DNA of 64,000 nucleotides from Pseudomonadota bacterium (GCA_039797965.1 JBDKGX010000001.1:18563-82562); one strand, 5' to 3'; shown: positions 1 to 10,888, counted from the stretch's first letter. The notes: generated by a model from the letters alone, not told the origin. Translations and numbers: made by a program.

Positions 1-190
1 TGTCTGGATTGGGGCGGGTAGGATTTTGCAAATTAGCTAAAATTTGTTGCACTAATTTTAGCAGCTGATTAAGAGAGTTGACTCCCAATCCTGAAGTTCC
101 GAAATTCACATTCGATGAATTGGATGTATTGTTAATAAAAGGATTAGAGGGGTAAGTACGAGTACTTGCATTAATAGCATTCAAATTCAT
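1..190 (-). CDS. 5' part of a leaderless Ser/Asn-rich protein (runs off the window edge; absent from ORF track)
   Basis: ATG at 190 preceded by GAGAG; 63 open codons to the edge: MNLNAINASTRTYPSNPFINNTSNSSNVNFGTSGLGVNSLNQLLKLVQQILANLQNPTRPNPD. Confidence 0.7.
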   Translation of the reverse strand, partial: MNLNAINASTRTYPSNPFINNTSNSSNVNFGTSGLGVNSLNQLLKLVQQILANLQNPTRPNPD

Positions 191-444
191 GATGATCTCT
201 CGCATAGTGTGATGCCTATAACACAAGTGTAAGAAGCGCGTGAGGAAAAAAGAGTAGTATCAGACTAGGGGACAGGTTTTGGCGTTAGATGTGACTGCGA
301 TATGTTTTTTAGCAGTTGTAGCACTTGAATTCAGTTTTAGTTAGTCAAAAGTGTATAAATTGATTTATACAATCTAATAATGAGCCCAATTTTCACCAAG
401 TTGTTACAAAATAATTGGGTAATTTAGAAGTTAGATGACCGATC

Positions 445-563
445 AAGTCGTCTTTAGCCAACTTTCTCTTGTAATGTTGCCTAAAATAGGACAAAGTCGG
501 TTATGTCAGACTTTAACTATAACGATGAGGACTTAAGTGTATGATGTCGGATATTCACGACAT
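445..563. promoter_or_regulatory. Three putative antitoxin operator palindromes, consensus AWGTCG-N8-CGACWT
   Basis: aagtcg-N8-caactt (445-464), aagtcg-N8-agactt (494-513), atgtcg-N8-cgacat (544-563); starts 49-50 bp apart, at the 5' end of the hipB-like gene. Confidence 0.55.
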
Positions 564-804
564 TCGTCCTAAGCGTCGTGCGCATGCTTCTTGTGGTCAA
601 GATCCTATGTTGCTAGAGCTAGGCGATAAAGTGCGTGCGTCACGTTGTGCAATTGGAATGACTCAAGAAGAATTAGCATTAGTCGCAGGGGTTGGACGCG
701 AATTAGTGATTCAACTCGAAAATGGTAAGCCCGGAGTATCCTTAGGGAAAGCCAGTTTAATATTAACTACGCTAGGTCAACGCCTATTAGTAGCAGGGCG
801 GTAA
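541..804 (+). CDS. hipB: HipB-like XRE/HTH antitoxin
   Basis: GMTQEELALVAGVGRELVIQLENGK HTH_3 signature; 1 nt upstream of a HipA kinase; start could be the ATG at 607. Confidence 0.85.
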   Translation: MMSDIHDIRPKRRAHASCGQDPMLLELGDKVRASRCAIGMTQEELALVAGVGRELVIQLENGKPGVSLGKASLILTTLGQRLLVAGR

Positions 805-805
805 G

Positions 806-2050
806 TTGCTACAAATACTCTTTGCAGATCAGCGTGTGGGACGCTTGTGGGATCGGTTTAGAAAGCTCTGTTTTCAATACTCACCAGAGTGGTGTGAAAA
901 TCCTAAAGCTTTTCCTCTATCTCCATTAATGCCGTTAGGTAATACGGTAATTTGTGGCGATATACCCTTATTTTTCTTCGCTAATTTGCTTCCTGAAGGT
1001 AATGTTTTAGATACGATTCTAAAATTACGGCGGTTGCCACGTGGCAAAGTTTATTCGTTATTAGAGGCGTTTGGTGAGGATGCCGCAGGGGCATTTTCTA
1101 TTGTGCCTGATGGTTCTTTGCCAACTCGCGCTTCCTCTTATGTACCCTATTCACTAGAACGACTGCATGCGGATTTAAATCGTCTGGGGGAGCGTTTGCC
1201 TTTATTGGTTCAACATAGCGAATTACGTCTATCCCTAGCAGGAGCACAAAATAAAATACCCGTTCGCTATAAAAACCAGCTGCTTAGTTTACCGCAAGGT
1301 GGAGCATCTTCTACACATATTCTAAAGCCCCCTATTCAACCCACTCATTATTTTCCAGACTCCGTACAAAATGAGGCGTTTTGCCTGCAATTAGCTAAAG
1401 CGAGTGGTTTAAATGTAGCTAATGTTGATTTGCTACATGTACCAGAGCCTGTATTAATGGTAGAGCGTTATGATCGTTTATACAGTGGTGATAATATTGA
1501 GCGCATTCATCAATTAGATTTTTGCCAAATGGCTGGAGTACTTCCTGATCAAAAGTATGAAAAAGATGGGGGACCTGGTTTAAAACAAATTTTTCACTTA
1601 ATTGATCAATGGAGTTCAGTTCCCGCAAAAAATCGTTTACAAGCATTAGATTGGGTGCTGTTTAATTATTTAATGGGTAATGCGGATGCACATGCTAAAA
1701 ATATTTCTATGTTAGTGCATAGTCGTTATCAATTTGAACTAGCCCCTGCGTATGATATTGTTTGTACAGCACTTTATCCTGAGCTAAAAACCCAAATGGC
1801 CATGAATATTGGTGGAGAAGGTAATCCTAAAAAACTCCAAACCAAACATTGGCAACGACTAGCGCAAGATTTAGGGGTAAACCCAGTACTGCTAAGTAAG
1901 CGTGCTAAACAATTAGCACAACGTATGGATATGTGTGTACCCGTGGCGGCACGTCAATTAGATTTAACGATGCATCCTATTATGGGTAAGATTTATGCAG
2001 TATTGCAAGAGCGAGCCTCTGATTTAGAAACGGCTCTTGCCGGACTGTAA
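806..2050 (+). CDS. hipA: HipA-family Ser/Thr kinase toxin with N-terminal Couple_hipA domain
   Basis: FFANLLPEG, SLAGAQNK, HILKP, VERYDR, GNADAHAKN, LAPAYD motifs; TTG start. Confidence 0.92.
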   Translation: MLQILFADQRVGRLWDRFRKLCFQYSPEWCENPKAFPLSPLMPLGNTVICGDIPLFFFANLLPEGNVLDTILKLRRLPRGKVYSLLEAFGEDAAGAFSIVPDGSLPTRASSYVPYSLERLHADLNRLGERLPLLVQHSELRLSLAGAQNKIPVRYKNQLLSLPQGGASSTHILKPPIQPTHYFPDSVQNEAFCLQLAKASGLNVANVDLLHVPEPVLMVERYDRLYSGDNIERIHQLDFCQMAGVLPDQKYEKDGGPGLKQIFHLIDQWSSVPAKNRLQALDWVLFNYLMGNADAHAKNISMLVHSRYQFELAPAYDIVCTALYPELKTQMAMNIGGEGNPKKLQTKHWQRLAQDLGVNPVLLSKRAKQLAQRMDMCVPVAARQLDLTMHPIMGKIYAVLQERASDLETALAGL

Positions 2051-2052
2051 TG

Positions 2053-2625
2053 TTAACGCTCTGATCGAGGTGGGGAGGGGTGTCTGGAGCGAGGACGAGC
2101 AGGTTTTGGTGCTGTAACTAAAGCAATTTCATCTAAGGTGCGTTGTGCATGCTCTTTCTCAGCGGGTTTGATTTCCCCTGTGCCTTTTCCATTCAATTCA
2201 TAGCGTTGTGTTTCAATCAGTACTTGTTGCAGATATTCTTTTTGATGCGTGTGATGCCAAAGTACTCGATGTAAAACCCTTTTAGAAACTGGAATTTGTG
2301 CTCTATCAAAATACTCTTGTAGCGCAGCCTCAATACCTAAAGCGAGTGGTTTGTGTTGTGCCCACATAGGAAAAACCTCAGCTAACTGGGTAGTGAGGTC
2401 AACGGCTTGTTGTTCAGCAGGTGTGAGCTTTTTAATAGGCTTCTTCATAGGGAAGCCGCCGCGTTTGACCGCAGGGCGAGCGTTAGCTAGTTTTTCTGCG
2501 GGTATATCTTCACGACGTACTACTCGACGCTTAGTGGGGCGTTTAATAGTTCCCTCGGCATCAACAGTAGGTTGTTTAGGCTTTAATGATAAGGTTTTCT
2601 TTTCTTTTTCCATGGGTGCGATCAT
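2053..2625 (-). CDS. proQ: ProQ/FinO-family RNA chaperone
   Basis: KPLALGI...HTHQKEYL...RYELNG..GEI FinO/ProQ core with a basic N-terminal extension. Confidence 0.8.
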   Translation of the reverse strand: MIAPMEKEKKTLSLKPKQPTVDAEGTIKRPTKRRVVRREDIPAEKLANARPAVKRGGFPMKKPIKKLTPAEQQAVDLTTQLAEVFPMWAQHKPLALGIEAALQEYFDRAQIPVSKRVLHRVLWHHTHQKEYLQQVLIETQRYELNGKGTGEIKPAEKEHAQRTLDEIALVTAPKPARPRSRHPSPPRSER

Positions 2626-2893
2626 TGAGTCACTGGCTGACCCTTGCTAAGTTACCTAGGATGATGACAGTAAGCAAATAAATATGTGTTGCATACTGCT
2701 GTTTTTGCAAGCCGCGACCATTATTTAATATAATGATTAAATAAGTTTTACTTTTTTATGTTTACAGTATTTCAAAAATTAGGCTGTATTAACTAAATTA
2801 AGTTTAGAATTTAATCAAAAGTGTTTGTAATTTAGTAATATTGCGTTTTATCATCTTAACACTAAGATTGTTAATGCTTAGCTTAATATTTGA

Positions 2894-3118
2894 GTGTCGA
2901 AAAAATTGATAAACTACTTAGGCTTTTACCAGCACTCCACCCATTTAGATTGTCCTATATGTGCCTCTCGTGTAGTGGTAAGAACTAGGCGTTCTTTAGC
3001 AGAAAAACTATTTTCTAGAAAAAAACACTATATTTGTAGAGCTTGTTATACCCGCTTTAGGTCTGATAAGAAAATATTATCTACTAAAGATTCAATGCTG
3101 AATTCGAGTACATTATAG
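2894..3118 (+). CDS. Small basic zinc-ribbon protein (hypothetical)
   Basis: CPIC-x23-CRAC followed by TRF; GTG start uncertain. Confidence 0.5.
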   Translation: MSKKLINYLGFYQHSTHLDCPICASRVVVRTRRSLAEKLFSRKKHYICRACYTRFRSDKKILSTKDSMLNSSTL

Positions 3119-3174
3119 GATTAAATACTTTAGTAAGGTGGCTGTAAATACAACCACTTACCAGATTATTTTGC

Positions 3175-3966
3175 TTAGACAGTTTCTAAACCTGACATAC
3201 CTAAAATATTCCAACCTGCATCAACGTAAGTAATCTCACCAGTAATACCAGACGCTAAATCAGAACATAAAAACGCCGCCACATTACCCACTTCTTCAAT
3301 AGTCACATTACGACGTAATGGCGCATTTTTCGCAAAGTGATCTAGCATTTTACGAAATCCAGAAATTCCTGAAGCAGCTAAAGTACGAATCGGGCCGGCT
3401 GAAATCGCATTCACACGAATACCTTGAGGGCCTAAATCCGCTGCCATGAAACGTACACCGGCTTCAAGACTGGCCTTTGCCATGCCCATCACATTGTAAT
3501 TAGGGATAGCAGCTACCGCACCTAAATAACTTAAAGCCAATAATGAGCCATTACGCCCTGCCATCATGGGTTTGGCGTAGCGAGCCATAGCTAAAAAGCT
3601 ATAGGCGCTAATGTCATGTGCAATATTGGAGCCTTCTTTAGTCGTATTATCGACAATGCTGCCTTCTAGTTGCTCTTTTGGGGCAAAAGCAATCGCATGT
3701 ACCACAATATCCACACCATCCCAATGTTGGTTTAATTGAGTAAAGGCTTGGGCAATTTGTTCATCAGATACAACGTCGCAAGGAATCACAATATTGGAAC
3801 CTAATTCAGTCGCAACTTTTTCCACCCGCGTTTTGAGTTTTTCGTTTTGATAGGTGAAAGCGAGCTCTGCTCCTTCACGATGCATCGCTTGTGCAATGCC
3901 GTATGCAATCGAGCGATCGCTCGCAATGCCTGTAATTAAAGCCCGTTTGCCCGTTAGAAAGCCCAT
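3175..3966 (-). CDS. fabI: Enoyl-ACP reductase
   Basis: [49 protein letters not shown]. Confidence 0.97.
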   Translation of the reverse strand: MGFLTGKRALITGIASDRSIAYGIAQAMHREGAELAFTYQNEKLKTRVEKVATELGSNIVIPCDVVSDEQIAQAFTQLNQHWDGVDIVVHAIAFAPKEQLEGSIVDNTTKEGSNIAHDISAYSFLAMARYAKPMMAGRNGSLLALSYLGAVAAIPNYNVMGMAKASLEAGVRFMAADLGPQGIRVNAISAGPIRTLAASGISGFRKMLDHFAKNAPLRRNVTIEEVGNVAAFLCSDLASGITGEITYVDAGWNILGMSGLETV

Positions 3967-4029
3967 AAGTACTCCTTAAAAATTTTCAATGCTAATCAAA
4001 CGCCAAAGTATAGCGATTTTGCTAACCGA

Positions 4030-4782
4030 CTACAGCTTAAAGCCTTTGTGCAATGCCACAATCCCACCAGTCATATTGCGGTAAGTGACGCGTTCAAAGC
4101 CCGCGTTTTCCATCATGCCTTTTAAGGTGTCTTGATCAGGGTGCATACGGATAGATTCGGCTAAGTACTGGTAACTCGCTGCATCATTAGCAATTAATTT
4201 CCCCATAAAGGGGAGTACTTTGAATGAGTACTGGTCATAAATAGGGGCTAAACCTGGCAATACAGGTTTGGAAAACTCCAATACCAATAAGCGCCCACCA
4301 GGCTTAAGTACTCGTAACATAGAGCGCAAAGCAGCCTCTTTATCGGTTACATTCCTCAACCCAAACGCAATGGTAATAATATCAAAGTGATTATCGACAA
4401 AAGGCAAACATTCGGCATTGGCTTGGACAAATTGCACATTGCCACCTAAGCCCATATCAATCAGGCGTCGCTTACCATTAGCAAGCATAGAGGCATTAAT
4501 ATCAGATAACACCACTTCACCCGTATCACCCACAATACGGGCAAATTTTGCGGCTAAATCACCTGTACCTCCCGCTAAATCAAGTACTCGTTGCCCTTTG
4601 CGAGCGCCTGACTCGTCGATAGTAATGCGTTTCCATAAACGATGAATGCCCATCGACATCACATCATTCATCACATCATATTTATCAGCCACCGAGTGAA
4701 AAACGCCCGCTACCTTTTGAGCTTTTTCCGTCACAGGCACCTGTTGAAAACCAAAATGAGTCGTATCTTGCTTATCCATCAT
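4030..4782 (-). CDS. ubiE: Ubiquinone/menaquinone C-methyltransferase
   Basis: [41 protein letters not shown]. Confidence 0.97.
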   Translation of the reverse strand: MMDKQDTTHFGFQQVPVTEKAQKVAGVFHSVADKYDVMNDVMSMGIHRLWKRITIDESGARKGQRVLDLAGGTGDLAAKFARIVGDTGEVVLSDINASMLANGKRRLIDMGLGGNVQFVQANAECLPFVDNHFDIITIAFGLRNVTDKEAALRSMLRVLKPGGRLLVLEFSKPVLPGLAPIYDQYSFKVLPFMGKLIANDAASYQYLAESIRMHPDQDTLKGMMENAGFERVTYRNMTGGIVALHKGFKL

Positions 4783-4966
4783 GGACTCGTAACTAACCAA
4801 TAATGAATGGATTTTAACAGGATTTAGGAGTGGGGTATTAAAGTACTTTAGGCTTATGGCTTAAATTTGCGCTAAATCACTAGAAATGAGTGAGTATAGG
4901 TGGGCAGAGTACTAGGGGTGTGCTATCAATAACAGTGTGTCGATCAATTTAGCAAAGGATCATGCC

Positions 4967-5344
4967 ATGCGCATTAACCCCCTACCTATTGTTGCAGTAC
5001 TTTGTGTATTGAGTACAAGCAGTTATGCAGCTGCACGGCCAGCTATTTTAGATGCTTACTATATGGATCCCCCACCTAAGAGTAATTATTTAGGTAAAAT
5101 GAAAGCCAAATGGGCAAACTATGTGAAGGCACGTCAGCCTCAATCTGAGGTTGACCTAATGCCAGAGCAAACCGTTAAGGTAAAGCCTGTTAAACCTAAA
5201 TATGTTCCTAAAACGGTTACCGTGCCTAAAATGACTCCAAAGGCTACAGTACGTCGTTTTACAGCTCCGAACAGAACCTTGGTAAAACAACCTGATACTG
5301 CGCCTAAAGCGCTACCCTTTTGGCAAGACTTGCCTTCGCGTTAA
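4967..5344 (+). CDS. Hypothetical exported Lys/Pro-rich protein
   Basis: MRINPLPIVAVLCVLSTSSYA signal peptide after an AAGGA RBS; stop overlaps the pilD stop (shared TTAA). Confidence 0.65.
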   Translation: MRINPLPIVAVLCVLSTSSYAAARPAILDAYYMDPPPKSNYLGKMKAKWANYVKARQPQSEVDLMPEQTVKVKPVKPKYVPKTVTVPKMTPKATVRRFTAPNRTLVKQPDTAPKALPFWQDLPSR

Positions 5345-6213
5345 GGAAAAATATAACCTAACGTAGTGTGTGTAATGGGTTGTAGCCAAAAAACTGCAAC
5401 CCATCCCGCCATCACTAACCAAGGGCCAAAAGGAAGCGGTGTGCTGGTTTTTTGTCGATTTAACGCCATCCAAACTAAACCAAAAACTGCTCCAAAGGCT
5501 GAAGCGCCAAAAATTACAAAGGGTAAAATAGCCCAGCCGCCCCATGCACCCAAAGCCGCTAATAGTTTAAAATCTCCATAGCCCATACCCTCTTTGCCAG
5601 TCAGTAATTTAAATAGCCAGAAAATACTCCAAACCGATAGATAACCTATGGCAGCGCCCATTACACTGCTATGTAAGTCGGTAAAAACGCCATAGTAGTT
5701 AACGACTAACCCTGCCCACATTAAGGGCAATGTTAAGTCATCAGGTAATAGCATGGTTTTGGCATCAATCATGAAGAGTGCGACCAACGTCCATGTAAAG
5801 GGTAAAAATAGGGCTAGTTGTATTGAGTAACCAAACTTCCACGCCGCCAGTACACAAAGCAAGGCTGTAATAGCTTCTACAGCTGGATATTGCACAGAAA
5901 TAGGGCTTTGGCAGCTAATACAGCGACCTTTTAATACTAAATAGCTAATAATAGGAATATTTTCCCAAGCAGTAATCGCATGTCCACAAGTTGGGCATTG
6001 TGAGCGGGGAACTACCAAATTAAAGGGAGCCTCATGCAAAGGGTCGGTATTTTTGCCCATTAACTCAGTGCAATCATGCTTCCATTGGCGCTCTAGAATA
6101 ATAGGTAAACGATAAATCACTACGTTTAAAAAGCTGCCCACTAGTAATGAAAATAGCCCTACCGTGATTAGTAACCACGGAGTACTAGTACTTAATAATG
6201 TTAAAAAATCCAT
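5341..6213 (-). CDS. pilD: Prepilin peptidase/N-methyltransferase
   Basis: GSFLNVVIYRLP, CxxC pairs, GKEGMGYGDFKL, PFGPWL. Confidence 0.96.
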   Translation of the reverse strand: MDFLTLLSTSTPWLLITVGLFSLLVGSFLNVVIYRLPIILERQWKHDCTELMGKNTDPLHEAPFNLVVPRSQCPTCGHAITAWENIPIISYLVLKGRCISCQSPISVQYPAVEAITALLCVLAAWKFGYSIQLALFLPFTWTLVALFMIDAKTMLLPDDLTLPLMWAGLVVNYYGVFTDLHSSVMGAAIGYLSVWSIFWLFKLLTGKEGMGYGDFKLLAALGAWGGWAILPFVIFGASAFGAVFGLVWMALNRQKTSTPLPFGPWLVMAGWVAVFWLQPITHTTLGYIFP

Positions 6214-6255
6214 TCCATACCCTGAGGGCAAGCCCTAATTAAATTATTATTAAAG

Positions 6256-7482
6256 TTAGATTGCAGAACCTAATTGGAAGATTGGCAAGTACATTGCGAT
6301 AATCAATCCACCGACTAATACCCCCAGTACTGCCATAATCAATGGTTCAATTTGCTTAGCTAAATTGTCAACTAAATTATCCACTTGCTCTTCATAATAG
6401 TCAGCTGCTTTGCCTAGCATGTCTTCTAATCGACCTGATTCCTCTCCAATTCTTGTCATTTGTAGTACTAGACTTGGGAAGACTTGAGCCGTTTGCATAG
6501 CAATATTGAGTTGCACACCTTTAGAGGTATCATCTTTGATACGCAAAGTGGCATCTCGATAAACCGCATTACCTGTGGCACCCGATACGGCATCCATGGC
6601 TTCTACGACAGGAACGCCAGCCGCAAACATGGTGGATGAAGTACGGCAATAACGAGCAATTGCAGAAAGGTTTAAAATATTTCCCACAATAGGAAATTTT
6701 AAGGCGACTCGATCAACCCCATCAGCGAATACTTTAGAACGTCGTTTAAAGTCCAAGAAAGCATAGATGCTCAAAATAATTCCACCGAGTGGCCAATACC
6801 AATTAGCTTGCAGCCATTCAGAGAGACTGATCACCCAGAGCGTAAAAGCCGGTAATTCGGCACCAAAGCTTGAAAACACTTCTTTAAACTGTGGAATAAC
6901 GAAAATCAACATAATTGCTGAAACCACCACCGCCGCGATGATAACTATAATGGGGTACATCAATGCTTTTTTGACTTTAGCTTTAGTAGCTTCGGTTTTT
7001 TCTTTATAAAGAGCTACTTTATTTAACATGTTTTCCAACGTACCTGCTTGCTCACCCGCTTTAATAAGGTTGACAAATAATGAGTCAAAGTACTTGGGAT
7101 GATGGCTAAGAGCATCGCCAAAGGTAGAGCCGGTCTCAACATCGCGCTTAATAGCTTTGATTAAATTAGACATTGCAATGTTATCACCACTATTAGCTAC
7201 CATTTCAAGAGCTTGCACCATCGGTACTCCAGAGCTCATCATGGTAGTCATTTGTCTAGCAAACTGTGCAATATGGATAGATTTAATACTAGGCGGAATC
7301 AGCGGTACTGGTTTTTTATAAATGCGTGTCGGATTAATTCCTTGACGACGTAAGTTTGCACGTAACAAGTTAGCATTCAAAGCAGGACTTTCACCTTTAA
7401 TTTTGACGCCATTCTTGTTAGTACCTTCCCACATGAAAACACGAGGCTCAGGTACTTTCTGATTAGTGTGAATCGTTGCCAT
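6256..7482 (-). CDS. pilC: Type IV pilus platform protein (T2SSF family)
   Basis: FARQMTTMMSSGVP, GEQAGTLE, GEESGRLE, AMYLPIF. Confidence 0.96.
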   Translation of the reverse strand: MATIHTNQKVPEPRVFMWEGTNKNGVKIKGESPALNANLLRANLRRQGINPTRIYKKPVPLIPPSIKSIHIAQFARQMTTMMSSGVPMVQALEMVANSGDNIAMSNLIKAIKRDVETGSTFGDALSHHPKYFDSLFVNLIKAGEQAGTLENMLNKVALYKEKTEATKAKVKKALMYPIIVIIAAVVVSAIMLIFVIPQFKEVFSSFGAELPAFTLWVISLSEWLQANWYWPLGGIILSIYAFLDFKRRSKVFADGVDRVALKFPIVGNILNLSAIARYCRTSSTMFAAGVPVVEAMDAVSGATGNAVYRDATLRIKDDTSKGVQLNIAMQTAQVFPSLVLQMTRIGEESGRLEDMLGKAADYYEEQVDNLVDNLAKQIEPLIMAVLGVLVGGLIIAMYLPIFQLGSAI

Positions 7483-7613
7483 ACATCGCCATTGTTTTTT
7501 ATAAATTTTCGCCGATGATACCAAAAAATTTATTTTTCTTATGATTTAAGCGATAAAAGGCTTCAAAGCTACAGAAAGTAGTTATTATTATAGGTTTAAT
7601 CAGTAGGTTATTA

Positions 7614-9011
7614 TCAGTTTGGCCTAATTAGTATACCATTTTGCCAAAAACGGGGGTGTGAGGCGCCGAGAGCTAATAGGTCAGGATATAACCATTGATA
7701 AGTAGTAATAACGGTAAGTACTAAAATAGGCGCATATAAAATTACTGCCCAATATTTATTAATATTAAAGCGTAGAGTATCAGGTGTCCACGATACCCAC
7801 AGGGCATTAGCTAAACCTAGCATTAAGCATAAGTATATCAAGCTGACAGGCATTACAATAATACCATCTACCATACTCACCGCTAAGGCAGAGCTAATAG
7901 AAGCACTTATAGGGAATGCTAACAGATTTCTTTCTGGGGGGGTTAAGAATAAAAGTTTTTTCCAAGAAAGGGCTAAATACACGAGTAATGTAAAAATTAA
8001 AAAAGCCATAATACCACCCCATTCAGCAAGAATCTGTAAGGGCATATTATGAGGATGTGCAACTCCAGTATAGGTACCCTCAAGAGCAAGCATCATGGGG
8101 CCAACTCCAAAATAAGGATTTTCTAGAAAAACCCTTAAAGTAATTAACCAAATCTCTAAACGACCGCTAGAGTTAGTCATATCTCTACCTATGTTTTGCA
8201 TTAATAACGTAGTGTTATCTATATCGAAACTATAGGGGATTATGAAAACCATAGTTATGTAGATTACTAACGCAGCTAACATATTAATAATATTTACTTT
8301 AAAGTATTGTTTTGCTAGTTGAGGTACAAGCCAGTAAATACTTAATAAACTAAAAAGTATTCCTAGGATGAATGCTCGAGTACCGCTTAACAGCACTAAA
8401 CCAGTGCTTAAAATAGTCACTGTCCACATCAGCGATTTATATTTTGCTTGAGGATGGGTGCTGATAAATGCCAAGATAAAAGGAATAGTCCAAGAAATAA
8501 ACTGTGCATAAAATCTTATATTACTAAAACCATCAATAATGATATCCCTATCAAGTACTGATTGGTGAGCTATCACAATAACATAGTTAACCAATGATCT
8601 TACTATATAAATAAGATTTAAAAGCGTGAAGGTGAGAACAGTTTTATAAATGTACTCAGAGTTAATCTCGGCTTTAAAAGAAAGTACTATTGATAGTATG
8701 CTAAAAAATAATAAAAACTCAATTCCAGACCAGAGAGGTAGTGGAGACAGTAGTGTGCTGATAAGTCCTAATAGTGAAAATAATATGAAGCTAGCTATCT
8801 GTAGCATGGATAGCTTTAAGTCAATCAGTAAGTTATAACCAAGTATACTAAAAATTAATATACTTAAAAAACGTTGTGAGTCATGATAGCTAGCTGTAGT
8901 AGTGAAAGGATAAACAGTTAATAAGATTAAACTTAATAGTGTTATAGAAAAACAGTTAGGTTTTTGAATAATATTATTAGTTGCTACTTTAGTCTTTTGT
9001 AACACGCTCAA
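7614..9011 (-). CDS. O-antigen ligase (Wzy_C) family polytopic membrane protein, probable pilin O-oligosaccharyltransferase
   Basis: Many TM segments; GFSNIRF, SGTRA, SSGRLEIW, GVGP, HPHN motifs; lies inside the pil cluster; start uncertain (overlaps pilB end). Confidence 0.75.
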   Translation of the reverse strand: MSVLQKTKVATNNIIQKPNCFSITLLSLILLTVYPFTTTASYHDSQRFLSILIFSILGYNLLIDLKLSMLQIASFILFSLLGLISTLLSPLPLWSGIEFLLFFSILSIVLSFKAEINSEYIYKTVLTFTLLNLIYIVRSLVNYVIVIAHQSVLDRDIIIDGFSNIRFYAQFISWTIPFILAFISTHPQAKYKSLMWTVTILSTGLVLLSGTRAFILGILFSLLSIYWLVPQLAKQYFKVNIINMLAALVIYITMVFIIPYSFDIDNTTLLMQNIGRDMTNSSGRLEIWLITLRVFLENPYFGVGPMMLALEGTYTGVAHPHNMPLQILAEWGGIMAFLIFTLLVYLALSWKKLLFLTPPERNLLAFPISASISSALAVSMVDGIIVMPVSLIYLCLMLGLANALWVSWTPDTLRFNINKYWAVILYAPILVLTVITTYQWLYPDLLALGASHPRFWQNGILIRPN

Positions 9012-10758
9012 CTTCCTCTAGAGTGGTTAGTCCAGCACGAATCTTATTTAAACCAGATTGACGTAAATCTAAAATTCTTTCTTTTTGAGCCTGATCTGCA
9101 ATATCCATGGAGTTACCGCCGTCCATTACCATTCTTCCCATTGTTTGGGATATAGGCATTACTTGGTAAATACCCACACGGCCTTTATAGCCATTAGAGC
9201 AAGCATCACACCCAATGGCTTTAAAGATTTTTAAAGTACTTAATTCATCCTCTTTAAATCCTAGTTTAGTGAGAGCTTCTTTAGGAATATCTGCGGGTTT
9301 CTTGCATTTTTCACACAAGCGTCGGGCTAAGCGTTGCGCAATAATAAGATGTACAGAGGTAGCGATATTAAAAGGAGCAACGCCCATATTCATTAAACGA
9401 GTTAAAGCTTCTGGTGCACTGTTAGTATGTAGGGTGGATAAAACTAAATGCCCTGTTTGAGCCGCTTTAATAGCAATTTCGGCAGTTTCTAAATCACGAA
9501 TCTCACCCACCATAATGACATCAGGGTCTTGACGTAAAAAAGCCCGTAATGCATCCGCAAAAGTTAGCCCGACTTTAGCATTAACATTGACTTGATTAAC
9601 GCCGGGCATATTAATTTCGGCGGGATCTTCAGCGGTAGAGATATTAACTTCTGGCGTATTAAGCATGCCTAAGCCAGTGTAAAGAGTGACAGTTTTACCA
9701 CTACCTGTAGGCCCCGTAACTAGAATCATGCCATCAGGTTTTGCTAATGCCGCCAAAAAATCAGCTTTTTGTTTCGCCTCAAAACCTAGTTTATCGACTC
9801 CTAATGTTGCATTAGAGGAGTCCAAAATCCGCATTACTACTTTTTCGCCATAAAGTACTGGCAATGTATTAACACGAAAGTCGATATTTTTTTCATTTTT
9901 TAAAGTAATACGAATCCGACCATCTTGAGGAACTCGGCGCTCAGAAATATTCATTTTAGCCATGACTTTAAGGCGCGCGACTAGTTTGGTGGCAATATCA
10001 ATAGGTGGGGTGGCAATAACTTGCAAAATACCATCTATACGAAAGCGTATTCTCAGGGTTTTTTCATAGGGTTCGATATGAATATCAGAAACTTTGGAAG
10101 TAATAGCATGTACTAATAATTTATCGACGAAAGAAACAATCTCGACTTCTTCGCCTTCATTTTTAGCACGTAACTCTTGGGTATCTAGCGCAATATTTTG
10201 CACAATAGCTTCATTTGAAACCATCATGCCGCTGCTCATGGCTGCCGCGCCATCATCGCCAGCAGCCGCGGCGGCTAAACTTTCACTGTGTTGTAAATAG
10301 CCATTTAGTTTGTTGTATTCGACGAATACAGGGTCAGGTGTTAAACCGGTAGCAAATTTCACATCATCCATATTAGGAAGATGAGTAGGATCAGCTATAC
10401 CTACTAATAACCGTTGCCCCATACGATAAAGTGGCAAGAGATTGAGCCGTTGTTTTTGCTCGTCACTAATAAGGCTCAACACATCAGGGCCAATGATTAG
10501 TGCATCAAGATCAACATAACTCAAACCGTATTCAAGACTGGCAGCTTTTGCTAAAACACTGGGCGGCGCAATCCGCATCTTGATCATCTGCGCCATGATA
10601 GTAATGTGCTCGGCTTTAGCCGTGGTCACTATTTCAATGGCTTGCTCTTCAGTAGCTGCTTTCAGTTTAATAAGTTGGCGAATAAACCCCGGAATTGCAG
10701 GCTTAGCTGAATTCTGATTAGCAGGAAGATTAGCAGAAGTCGTTGGTTTAATAGCCAT
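8989..10758 (-). CDS. pilB: Type IV pilus extension ATPase
   Basis: SDIHIEP, GPTGSGKT, LRQDPDVIMVGEIRD, Zn-binding CxxC pairs. Confidence 0.97.
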   Translation of the reverse strand: MAIKPTTSANLPANQNSAKPAIPGFIRQLIKLKAATEEQAIEIVTTAKAEHITIMAQMIKMRIAPPSVLAKAASLEYGLSYVDLDALIIGPDVLSLISDEQKQRLNLLPLYRMGQRLLVGIADPTHLPNMDDVKFATGLTPDPVFVEYNKLNGYLQHSESLAAAAAGDDGAAAMSSGMMVSNEAIVQNIALDTQELRAKNEGEEVEIVSFVDKLLVHAITSKVSDIHIEPYEKTLRIRFRIDGILQVIATPPIDIATKLVARLKVMAKMNISERRVPQDGRIRITLKNEKNIDFRVNTLPVLYGEKVVMRILDSSNATLGVDKLGFEAKQKADFLAALAKPDGMILVTGPTGSGKTVTLYTGLGMLNTPEVNISTAEDPAEINMPGVNQVNVNAKVGLTFADALRAFLRQDPDVIMVGEIRDLETAEIAIKAAQTGHLVLSTLHTNSAPEALTRLMNMGVAPFNIATSVHLIIAQRLARRLCEKCKKPADIPKEALTKLGFKEDELSTLKIFKAIGCDACSNGYKGRVGIYQVMPISQTMGRMVMDGGNSMDIADQAQKERILDLRQSGLNKIRAGLTTLEEVERVTKD

Positions 10759-10858
10759 ATTTATTATTATTAGATTACTACAATAGAGGTCGCCCTTTGG
10801 CTCTAGTGCAGTTTAAGAGAGAGCATATTGCCCGTATCTGAATGTGTGATTTTAAAAT

Positions 10859-10888
10859 AAAGAGGCTGCCTCATTGGGCAGCCTCTTT
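10859..10888 (-). terminator. Intrinsic terminator after pilA
   Basis: 12-bp stem aaagaggctgcc/ggcagcctcttt, 6-nt loop, T-rich tail on the minus strand. Confidence 0.8.

Noticed and set aside
541-2050. hipBA as part of a mobile element or prophage
   Set aside because: No integrase, transposase, att-like repeats or phage genes nearby within the window
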